Shown: positions 1 to 10,257 of the stretch, piece after piece
How positions within the stretch are numbered: the first letter of the stretch is position 1
Layout of the letters: every line of letters starts with the position of its first letter
NCBI GenBank assembly: GCA_040954595.2
Contig: CM082584.2
Span: 1,350,281-1,414,280, forward strand
Direction: 5' to 3'
DNA: 64,000 nt
Origin: Balanoglossus misakiensis
Taxonomy: Eukaryota > Animalia > Hemichordata
Translations under genes and position numbers: made by a program
The notes under the pieces: model-generated
Told to the model about the DNA's origin: nothing
Database searches by the model: none
Seen by the model: the letters and a program-made list of their open reading frames with translations, nothing else

Positions 1-1
1 T

Positions 2-1664
2 ATGCTTTACGTCCTTGTAAAAAGATTGAGAATCAAAATAGGCTGCCACAAACAGAACGACTTCTGGAAGGAAGTCAGAAAGCAAACTAGCATAAAAACG
101 CCGCTTTCTGACACTGTAGGTGGAGCGACTGGTGAGAGTGAAATTGCAATTATGTGGCACAAGCATTTCAGTGATATTTTGAATTCTGTCCAGGCTCAGA
201 CTGGTAAAAATGACATCGAGGAGAAAATGAAGTATGTTAAATTTTCTTCTGATATGTATGTTTCTGAAGACGAAGTAATTTCTGCTATACATAAGTTACC
301 TGACGGTAAGACAGCTGGCATTGACAATATTTTAGCTGAGCACCTCAAATTCTCAGACTCCTCTATTTTACCCTTTTTGACTTGTTGTATTAATGCAATG
401 ATTGTTCATGGTTACCTGCCAACTGAGGCTATCAATGTTATTTTAGTTCCAATTATTAAGGATAAAACTAAGCTTTGTAGTGATGCCAGTAACTACCGGC
501 CGATAGCACTAGCAACTGTTTTCTCTAAAGTTTTTGAGCATATTTTACTTTCTCGTTGTGAGGAGTTTCTTACCTCTCATTATTTACAATTTGGTTTCAA
601 GCGAGAACATTCAACTGACCTGTGTTTATTTGCATTTAAAGAAATCATTAGCTACTACACCAGCAATGGAAGACCAGTGTTTACTTGTTTTCTGGATGCT
701 TCAAAAGCTTTTGACAGAGTTAATCACGTTAAACTGGTTATAATTAACAAGCACATCGACAGGAATGTTCCCTTGTATGCTGTACGAATTTTATATTAAT
801 GGTACAGAAATCAATTGTTTACTGTGTTGTGGGGTAATGAAACCTCAGAGTTGTTTTCTGTTTCTAACGGTGTAAGACAAGGGGGAGTACTCTCTCCCTA
901 TCTTTTTAATGTCTACATTGATGATATTATCAATGCACTCTGTAAAGCCAAAGTTGGCTGTACCATGTGTGGTGTCAGCGCTAACATTTTAGGTTACGCT
1001 GACGACATGACTCTACTCAGTCCAAGTATTAAGGGTCTACGCCGTCTTCTTAGAATTTGTGAAATTTATGGCAAGGATTATGATATCATTTATAATTCTA
1101 GTAAAACTGTGTGCATGCGTTTTAATGGGAAGAATATGAGCGTTCAAAGAATTCCTTCGGTTAAACTTAATGATATCACTTTAAAGTTTGTACCTGTACA
1201 CACCTATCTGGGCCATGTTATATCTTGTGATGGTTGTGATAATGAAGATATTGAACGACAGAGAAGAGCATTTTGTGTAAGAGCAAACATGATATTGAGA
1301 CATTTTCAACATTGTAGTCAAGATGTGAAGAAAGTTTTATTTTTGGCATATTGTAGTAATATTTACTGTTGCAGTTTGTGGGCATCCTTTAAAGTTAAAC
1401 CGATGAAAAAATTTAAAACTATGTACAATAATGTTTGCAGAAGATTTCTCGGTCTTCCGCCATTTTGCTGTGCATCGGGTATGTTTGCTACAAACCATGT
1501 ACATGTATTGTCACTTGGTGAAGTTTTTAGACGCAATATGTACAGTTTTAAGCGTAGACTCGAAAATTCTTCTAATGTTTTACTTGATGCGATCTGTTCA
1601 TCAGATAGAGCGACTGACAGCATATTTTTTCAAACATTGGCGAAAGCAATTGTATATCATGTAA
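2..1664 (+). pseudogene. Disrupted LINE ORF2 reverse transcriptase
   Basis: ORFs 2..799 and 815..1837 are in the same frame, split by TAA at 797-799 (ILY*WYRNQ). A likely frameshift in the T-run at ~1625-1630 would restore the C-terminus ...IFFKHWRKQLYIM* (stop 1662-1664); the in-frame tail is low-complexity UTR read-through. Confidence 0.85.
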
Positions 1665-1736
1665 GTTTTTTTGTGTGTGTGTCTCAGTTTCAGATTTTTA
1701 TTATTGTTTTTTTTTCTTCTCTGTTTTGGGTATATG

Positions 1737-1775
1737 GACTTTTTTTAAAGTCTGAAATAAAGAATTATTATTATT
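1737..1775 (+). other. LINE 3' terminus: stem-loop, polyA signal and microsatellite tail
   Basis: GACTTT-TTTT-AAAGTC hairpin (1737-1752), AATAAA (1756-1761), ATTATTATTATT (1764-1775). Confidence 0.7.
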
Positions 1776-2104
1776 TGTTAGCTGTTGCCATTCAAATGTG
1801 TCTACGCAAACCCGGCTACACTGGCAGTGGGCTTTGACTCTAAGTCGCTAATGTTGTGGGAGGTTTCATTAGCATTGTAGTCACATGTAGTGGATAGTAG
1901 TTTGGGAAATTGCCTGAAATACGCCAGCAGACCAGTGATTTTCTTGCACGAAGGGAGTATGGTACCAGCAATAATCAGAGATCAGGCTTCGTTGCCGTTC
2001 AAAAGTTCCTACTTCAGTCGTGATGTTGCAACTGGACGTTCAGTATGGGGGTCGGCCCGCAGGTGGCCGTGTGGGTTATCAGGTCGCCCGTAACGGCACG
2101 CAGC

Positions 2105-2361
2105 TACATGCAGCTGTATGGGACCAAAATAATACACCCGATTCGGGGGTCACCTGTGACACCTGCTTAACTCAATAATTATGTGCATGCGTAATTGTGG
2201 GGTCAATGAAAGGGGTGGTAACGTGGTATTTGTTGCACATGGATCAATATGAAGTCCGATTTTCCCGTCAAGTTGTGGGCGACCTTATGTGACCTTTCAC
2301 CTACTTTTGCTTAGTGAGCATCCACAGAAGATGCATGCAGCTTTGGCTTGGGGGGGGGGGG
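2105..2361. repeat. Degenerate ~230-250 bp tandem repeat, left part (interrupted by the BEL insertion)
   Basis: ggggtcacctgtgacacctgcttaa (~2146) resembles ggggtcacctgttgcacctgcctaa (~11254). gtggtatttgttgcacatgga (~2223) resembles gtggtttttgttccacaggga (~11329). tgcagctttgg occurs at ~2336 and ~11443. Confidence 0.7.
2357..2361. other. Left target-site duplication GGGGG (partner 11212-11216)
   Basis: G12 at 2350-2361 precedes the 5' LTR and G6 at 11212-11217 follows the 3' LTR. The exact TSD length cannot be fixed in a homopolymer. Confidence 0.75.
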
Positions 2362-2971
2362 TGTGGCTGAAGCCATGCAAAAACAAAGGAATTTAGTATT
2401 TTTAATTATGAGGGATAAGCACGAACAGTTTGTTGCCTAAAAACCTTACTCCATAAAAATAGTTCCCTTTTTGTTACGAGTTTCGATATTGTAGACTTTT
2501 AATTTTCACAGAGAAAGATGTTGTGACTTTATGTGTACCTTTGAAGGTCATTGTGAACACATCGACAAACCATATTTCGCCCAAAAGTTTTACAAGTAGT
2601 CCATCTACGATTGTCATATCACTACACATTTTTTACCTCGTGTTTTCGACTTCGCTATGGGACGGTGAAGTACACCCTCGTCTCTCGTTTCGCACCCTTT
2701 GATATTTCGTTCGTATTTCGAAACTTCCCGACCACATACAAGGCTTTACAAGTCGCCAGCGAGGTAATATATCTTTCGGTATTCTTACAGATATGAATTG
2801 TATTTCGTGAAACTTTATTGCAATTAGACTTTGACGAGTTGTCTGCATCTTGTACATCAGTCACGTACATCGAACTGTGTTGCTTGCACATATCTGTTTT
2901 CGATTGAAATCATTCTCGATTTTCGTATATGTAATTCTTTCGATTTGACATTTTGTATTTGTATTTATGTT

Positions 2972-2977
2972 TCAGTT
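2972..2977 (+). promoter_or_regulatory. Putative Initiator (TCAGTT), predicted +1 at A2974
   Basis: Matches the invertebrate Inr consensus TCA(+1)GTY. It follows an AT-rich stretch and marks a compositional change to the microrepeat region. No clear TATA box at -30. Confidence 0.55.
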
Positions 2978-3242
2978 TTTACGGTTTACGGTTTACTCGG
3001 TCTATACCATTCGGTCTTGGTCTATTCGAGACAAGGTCTATTACGGTCTAAGACTATTCGGTTTACTCGGTCTTTTCGTACCACGGTTTATTCGGTCTAT
3101 TCGAATCAGTCTCGGTCATTCTCGAGGTCTATTTGGCCTATTCGCATCGAGGTCTGCGCACATCTCGTCTTTCGAAGTCTTTCGACTATTGTGTACAGTC
3201 TCGTACGGTCGCTTTCGGCGATCGCTCGATCGATTTATCGAT

Positions 3243-3248
3243 AATAAA
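3243..3248 (+). promoter_or_regulatory. LTR polyadenylation signal AATAAA (3' LTR copy at 11139-11144)
   Basis: AATAAA about 70 nt before the LTR end, the expected position near the R/U5 boundary. Confidence 0.65.
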
Positions 3249-3315
3249 CCGAAGACCCGTATATGGAAACTCGACTCTGACTTTTGAATATTACGGAAAA
3301 GCTTTGGCGGTCACA

Positions 3316-3324
3316 GTAAAAACT
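3316..3324 (+). other. Non-canonical primer-binding site GTAAAAACT
   Basis: Occupies the PBS position directly after the 5' LTR, lacks the TGG that pairs with tRNA CCA, and is complementary to 2974-2982. Confidence 0.6.
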
Positions 3325-4002
3325 CGGGCGCAAGTAAAAACTCGAGCGCGAGTAGGAACTCGGACCTTCGAAACAGAACTCGGAACGGACGTAAGTCTTT
3401 CAACGATTTTATTGCTGTTCGATCTGGAGGTGAAATTATCGTCCTACACCATTGTGTGTGACGTCATCGGTTCATCCGAAGACTCGTCGTCGAGGGCGCT
3501 GTTACATGGTTCAGCCAGTATTCGCCTATTACCCTACTGTTGAATCAACCCATGAAGACTACAGACTGCAGAGAAGAGTGAAGATGTTCAGCGACTGTTA
3601 ACAGAAGCAGCGGATTGAACATTCTGGACACTCTCCTTCGGAATTAGGACAGAATATTGAACATTGACTTTGAACATTAATATTGAACTTTGAACTCTGA
3701 GCACATTTCCTCATTGTCATTTTGGCTTGTGTGCATGTGTGATTTGAACATTCAGTTTTATCAATGTCCCCAAATTGTGCACATTAGTGTCACTCGTATC
3801 AGCCTTTGCGATACAAAGAGTCTCCTTTGTTGAAACTCACACAGTTTTGTATTTGTCAAAGTGTTTGAAATTGTTCACTGTCAGTACCCGGCATCAAATT
3901 GCTTGTGTTACTCCCTCGGGTTTAGATTTCTAAATTTGTATCTGCACTGAATAGTCACAGTGATTGTTTCAGCTCTCTAGTTGTGTTCACCCAAGTTCAA
4001 CT

Positions 4003-7000
4003 ATGGCCGAAAAGGACACACAGGAATCAGTGCCAACCGCTGATGATCAAGGTAAGCCTGATGAAACAGATCAAATTGTAACAAAAGCAGAGATCCATGA
4101 AACTGAAATGGATGAAAATGTGTATACATTACGCAGATCAGAACGAGTACCCAAGCTTACTGAGAAAGCTAGGGAAGGTAAGTTAATTGATTTGGAGAAG
4201 CAGTTCTGGCGTACTCACAATCGGTTGTTGTCATTTGTGAACAACCCTGACATATTCGACAAAGAGTCTGTAGAAAACATATATACTATTTTGAAAGAAA
4301 TAGAGCGCGAGCGCACTGTTTTGATTGAAATTCATGATCAGATACGCGCCGTGTCGGACACCCCCTTAGAGGATGTATTGAAAGCCGTCGATGTTTGAAT
4401 TTGCGCGTGGATAGTGTCATCAATTATGCACAGCGACTGATTGCGCGAGCCGATGCTCATAGCTCAGTTTCATTCGGATCCGTGCCTTCAAATCACACAA
4501 AGTCGAGCTCTAGGTCATCCAAACGATCCAGCTCTTCCAGTACGTCATCAGTACGGAGAAACGCTGCTGTCAGGGCAGCTGCCCTACAGGCGGAAATCGA
4601 GGCAAAACATGAAGAGACAGCACATGAAGAGGAATTGGAACACTTAGAGGCAGAAATACGTCGTAAGAAAAGAGTGTTAGAACGACAGAAACTGGTAGGA
4701 GAACTGCATGTGGAGAAAGCGAAGATAGCTGCTTGTGAAAGAGAAGAACTACTTGACAACCTGCCATTAGCAAAGACTATATTGCCACCGGTGACAAGCG
4801 AGTTGCCTGTCGTGAAGACCGAACCGATCAGCCAGTCGACACCAGCTGCTCACATTCCCACGCGTACTGTAAAAGCAGAACCAGTCACCCCGCCGACTAC
4901 CAAGCTGTCGACGTCGCAACCGAAACCACAAGATTATACACTACGTGCAACAGCTAACGAATATCGCCCATCGGAGAACAGAGAAGACCTCAAGGTATTG
5001 ACAGAAGCCTTGGCAACATCTGTGTCCTTGAGCAGACTTGCTACACCCGAACCACCAATATTCATGGGAGACGCACGTTCTTATCCAGATTGGATATCTT
5101 CTTTTACCACTTTAGTTGAATCACGAGGGGTCCCACCAATCGAAAGAATCCATCACCTGAAGAAGTATTTGGGTGGTCCTGCTAAGGAAGCAGTCGCCGG
5201 ATGCTTCTTACTCCGAAGTGAAGGAGCATACGAAGAGGCAAGAACCATTCTGGAAGAACGATACGGTAATTCTTTCGCCGTAACAGAGGCCTTCAGAGAA
5301 AAAATCGAAAGATGGCCGAGAATCTCCGGCAAGGACGGGAAGGCATTGCGAAAGTTCGCAGACTTCTTGAAACAATGCCGGATTGCAATGAAGGATATCC
5401 CAGACCTCGCAGTGCTGAACGATATCCACGAAAATAGGAAAATGCTCCAGAAGTTACCGGACTGGCTCGTAAACAGATGGAGCAGGATCGTAGAAAAAAT
5501 AAAAAAGGCTACGAACGCATACCCCCCATTCGAAAGATTTGTCTGCTTCATGATGGAGGAGGCAGATATTGCATGTGACCCATTGACCTCAATCGGCTCG
5601 CTAAGGTCACCAACGGACAGAGACCCGGAGAAAACTCCGACCAGCACCAGGAGGCGCACCCCAGGTGCACGTACGCTCTCGACCACAGCAAAACCAGGGG
5701 CGGTAAACCAGTCGTGTGTTTTCTGCAAAAAGACTGGGCACGCTATACAGGAATGTTATAGCTTCGCTTCCACGCCTATGTCTGAAAGACAGGAATTTGT
5801 TCGAAAGGGCGGTTACTGCTTCGGATGTCTTAACACGGGGCACATCTCAAAGAACTGCAAATCCCGTGGCGTGTGTAAAAAATGCAGTAGGAAACTTCCC
5901 ACCAGTCTGCATTCCGACGAAAAAATTGTTCAGCCGAGGACATTTAACTCGTCCATGAACGAAACCATGAGCACTGTTCAGTCTCCAGTGCGAGACTACA
6001 GAAAAGAAACCACACCTGAAACGAAGAAAGCGCACTGCTATGGTGTGACTTGCCCGCGAGGAAAGTCTATTTCGTCGATGATCGTTCCAGTATGGATTTC
6101 TGGATACGAAGAACCGAACAGAGAGATTCTAGTGTACGCGCTGTTGGACACACAGTCAGACACTACTTTCGTGTTGGATCATGTCGCTGAACAGCTACAC
6201 ACAGCATCTGAGCCAGCAAACCTTCGTATGACAACCATGACAACGAGCAACAAGGTTGTCGCCTGTCACAAGTATCGCAAACTCAGAGTTCGCGGATTTG
6301 ACTGTGACAAAATAGTTCCGTTGCCCACTACGTATTCGCTTGATTACATACCAGTGGAAAAATCGCACATACCCACTCATGATATGGCCAATGGGTGGCC
6401 TCATCTTAGAGAAATCGCTACTCGTATTCATCCTCAACAGAAATGTGAAGTTGGTCTGTTGATAGGTTATGATTGTCCCCAAGCCCTAGCACCTCGTAGC
6501 TGTGTCACAGGCAGTGGAAATCAGCCATTCACAGTAGAGACAGACTTAGGATGGAGCATCGTCGGACATCTTACACATCGAGATGAAAGGGAAGATGTCT
6601 TCAGTTTTACCCATAGAGTACTTACAAAGGTGATACCAGACAGTCTACAACCAGGTGTAGACAGTCAGCAGAGACTTCGTATGGAAGAGTCTCATTCGTC
6701 GGCAGTTCGTTATGCCTTTAAGACCACAGCCAAGGAGCAAGTCCTCAACCCTTTGGACGTGGTGAGAATTCTCGAATCGGACTTCAACGAACAAAGAGTT
6801 GAAGAAACCGCCATGTCTCAGGACGACATTCGATTTTTGAAGATCATGGAAAATGGTATTTCGAAAGAACCAGATGGATTCTATACAATGCCACTTCCAT
6901 TCAGACAAGATAGACCAGCGCTCCCAAACAACAGATGTATAGCGCAGCAGAGACTTCAGTACTTGAAAAGGCGCTTCAAGTCAAACCCAAAGTATCTGAA

Positions 7001-10000
7001 CGACTACAGAAACTTCATGGAAGACATTATCGCGTCAGGAGATGCGGAACTGGTCGACGACAACAATACACATGATGGATCGATGTGGTATATTCCACAC
7101 CATGGGGTGTATCACCCTAAAAAAACAGACAAAATTCGTGTCGTGTTCGATTGTAGTGCAAGGTTCAAGGGAACGAGCCTCAACGATCATTTGTTGCAGG
7201 GACCGGATCAGATAAATTCCCTCATCGGTGTACTTTGTCGTTTTCGCAAAGAGAACATCGCAGTCATGTGTGACATCGAGCGAATGTTCCACAGATTCAG
7301 AGTCAAGAAAGATGACAGAAACTATCTCCGATTCCTTTGGTGGAGAGATGGTAATGTCGACTCGGAACCAGTTACTTACAGGATGAATGTTCACCTATTC
7401 GGCGCTGTGTCCTCGCCAGGATGCGCGAACTACGGACTTCGACAAGTGGCCAAAGACAACCCACAACATGGAAAGAGTGCAGTAGATTTCGTCGCAAAGA
7501 ATTTCTATGTTGATGATGGTCTCCATAGTCTCGAGACTGCATCAGAGGCTGTCCAACTTATACAGGATGTTCGCAACCTTTGCGCAGAAGGAAATTTACG
7601 TCTGCACAAGTTCATATCGAATGACAGAACTACGATGGAATCTGTCCCTATTTCAGAGCGTGCCAAGAATGTCAAGGATTTGGATTTGTCGTTCAGTGAG
7701 CTACCTATCGAAAGAGCACTTGGAATCGAGTGGCGCGTTGAATCAGACTCGTTCCATTTTTCGCCTATCGTCAAGATGCACTCGCCTTCTCGCCGTGGAA
7801 TACTTTCAGCAGTAGCATCTGTTTTCGATCCTCTCGGATTTCTCGCACCTTTCGTACTTCGAGGAAAACGGATCTTGCAAGAGATGTGCAAGAAAGGAAC
7901 CGATTGGGATGATCCCTTGCCAGACGATTTACGTCCGAGGTGGGAATCATGGCTTGCTGAGTTGCCCAAGCTAGACGACTTGAAGATAAGAAGGTGCTTC
8001 AAGCCGCAACATTTCGGACCAGTGAAGAAAGTTGAGCTTCACCACTTCTCGGATGCCAGCCTGACAGGTTATGGGCAGTGTTCGTATATCAGACTAGTCG
8101 ACAGTCTAGATAATATTCATTGTTCGCTCGTGATGGGAAAGGCTAGAGTCGCCCCTTTGAAACCCATTACTGTTCCTCGATTGGAACTTCAAGCTGCTGT
8201 TGTTTCTATACAGGTCAGCAATCTACTGAACAAAGAGTTAGATTACCCAGTGATGGAGAACTTCTACTTGACAGACTCGAAAGTGGTACTCGGCTACATA
8301 GGAAATGATGCTCGCCGCTTCCACATATATGTCGCGAATCGCATACAAAGAATTAAAGGAATCATCTCAGCCAGAGCAGTGGCGCTATGTCCACACTGAG
8401 GAGAACCCTGCAGATCATGCATCTCGTTGACTCGGCGTTGATGGACTGATGAAGTCCAATTGGTTTAGAGGTCCTGCCTTTTTGTGGGACAAAGAGCTTC
8501 CTCTGTCCACTCGGGTATACGCACAGGTGTCAGCAGATGACCCCGAGGTAAAGAATACCAGAACATTGATGACTTCCTCGACTGCAACGTCATCCATGTT
8601 ACATCGTGTAGAGCGATTTTCGGATTGGAACAAGGTTGTAGGAGCATTCGCCACCTTGTATCGCTATGTATCCGGGAAGGGAAAGCGAAAGGAAATCGCT
8701 TCCGGAGAAACAAGACAGAAAGCTACCATGGCCATCGTGGCATGGGCCCAACAGGAAGCTTTCAAAGAAGAAATAGAGTCATTGAAATGTCGCACCTCAG
8801 AAGACAGTGAACCCTCAATGGTGAAACGTAACAGTCACCTGTACCCATTGAACCCATACCTAGATGATCAGCAGATACTCAGAGTTGGAGGCAGACTGAG
8901 TAGATCCTCCATGCCTGACTATGTCAAGCACCCTATTATTCTACCACGAAAAAGTCACGTGACTACACTGCTTATCAGGTGGTGTCATGAGCAAGTGGCC
9001 CACCAGGGACGTGGTATTACAGTGAACAAACTCAGATCGTGTGGATTCTGGATCATCAACTGCAACACAGCAGTCGCTTCGTATATACACAAGTGTGTTC
9101 AGTGTAGGAAACTCAGAGGCAAGGCCAACACACAGAGAATGGCAGATTTGCCCAAAGATCGTCTCGAGCCATCGCCGCCATTTACCTATTGTGGAATGGA
9201 CTGCTTTGGACCTTTCGTCGTGAAGGAACGCCGCAGTGATGTGAAACGATATGGTGTCATTTTCACTTGCCTAGCGCTTCGAGCCATACACATAGAGGTT
9301 GTCGAAGAAATGTCAACCGATGCATTTTTGAATTCGCTTCGCACATTCATCGCTATCAGAGGACCCGTACGACACTTGCGTTGTGATCGGGGATCCAATT
9401 TCGTAGGAGCCAGGAATGAGCTTCAGCTTGGATTGCAAGCTCTCGACGAAGGAAGAATCAAAGATGTGTTGTCCAAACGACAGTGTGAATTTGTTTTCAA
9501 TTCACCCTCCTCGAGTCATATGGGAGGCGTTTGGGAACGTCAAATACGGTCGGTCAGAAACGTTCTCGTAGGAATTCTGGAAAAGATGGGATCCAGATTG
9601 AACACTTCGTCTCTTCGTACTCTGATGTACGAAGCAATGGCGATCGTGAATAGTCGACCCTTATCAGCAGAAAACTTGAACGACCCTACTGGACCGATGC
9701 CTCTTACTCCAAATCAGCTGCTGACTATGAAATCGGATGTGATTTTGCCACCGCCAGGCAACTTCGTCAGAGAAGATCTGTATGCCAGGAAACGATGGCG
9801 TGCTGTTCAGTATCTTGCGAACGAGTTCTGGACAAGATGGCGTAAGGAATACTTACAGAATCTACAGGCCAGACAGAAGTGGCAGGAAACGAAGAGAAAC
9901 CTTGAAGTTGGAGATATTGTACTTCTGAAGGAAGATGACACTGTGAGAAATCAGTGGAGACTTGCAAAAGTAATAGACACTTTGCGCGATGATGATTGTT

Positions 10001-10152
10001 TGATACGCAGAGTCACTATCCTTGTGGGTGATCCCAACCTCTCGAAACAAGGACAAGGTAAGAAAGTAGACAAGGCAACAATTTTAGAAAGGCCTATTCA
10101 TAAGCTTGTTTTATTGGTAGAAAATCCCGAAGCAGAAAAAATGCTAAGGTAA
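4003..10152 (+). pseudogene. BEL/Pao gag-pol polyprotein (about 2050 aa when reconstructed), disrupted
   Basis: ATG at 4003; frameshift at ~4390-4398; Cys/His knuckles 5715-5912; protease LLDTQS (D at 6147); RT YVDD 7506-7517; RNaseH FSDAS 8046-8060; +1 frameshift at 8355-8359; TGA at 8428-8430; integrase HH-CC and D(9199)-D(9385)-E(9535); stop at 10150-10152. Confidence 0.93.
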
Positions 10153-10248
10153 GTTGTTCTCAGCGACACAGGGGAGAGCTGAGAAATAGCTTGGACGTAT
10201 TTGGTAGTTGTTTTCAGTGTTTCGATTAGGTAAAATCAATGTGATTTT

Positions 10249-10257
10249 AGGGGGGAG
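10249..10257 (+). other. Polypurine tract AGGGGGGAG
   Basis: Purine run preceded by TTTT and directly abutting the TGT of the 3' LTR. Confidence 0.9.

Larger units (their letters stand above)
1..1775 (+). mobile_element. 3' portion of a non-LTR (LINE) retrotransposon, tentatively RTE-X/L2-like; the 5' part lies outside the window
   Basis: RT motifs NYRPIAL, QFGFK, FLDASKAFDRV, GVRQGGVLSPYLF, YADD (995-1006) and YLG. T-rich 3' UTR, then AATAAA (1756-1761) and an (ATT)4 tail (1764-1775). The clade call is from recalled similarity only. Confidence 0.92.
2362..3315 (+). repeat. 5' LTR
   Basis: Starts TGTGGCTGAAG and ends GGCGGTCACA; matches 10258-11211. Confidence 0.96.

Noticed and set aside
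1665-2093. Hydrophobic C-terminal extension of the RT ORF and the 67-aa ORF at 1890
   Set aside because: The extension is read-through of the T-rich 3' UTR after a frameshift, and the short ORF has no supporting features.
3236-3243. TATCGATA, matching the Drosophila DRE element
   Set aside because: A single 8-mer downstream of the putative TSS within a CGAT-rich patch; the host is unknown and there is no other support.
3305-3325. TGG at 3305-3307 as a tRNA PBS
   Set aside because: It lies inside the LTR; the same sequence is present in the 3' LTR up to CACA at 11211.
2611-3543. Short ORFs in the LTRs (duplicated at 10507-11238)
   Set aside because: Duplicated only because the LTRs are; they have non-ATG starts or low complexity and no recognisable domain.
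4390-4398. Programmed -1 frameshift between the 144-aa ORF and the polyprotein
   Set aside because: No X XXY YYZ heptamer, it lies upstream of the gag core, and BEL elements normally have a single ORF. A 1-bp deletion is simpler, though other copies should be checked.
4441-10056. Antisense and alternative-frame ORFs within gag-pol; env-like third ORF
   Set aside because: These are shadow ORFs with no motifs. Only ~105 bp lie between the pol stop and the 3' LTR, leaving no room for env.
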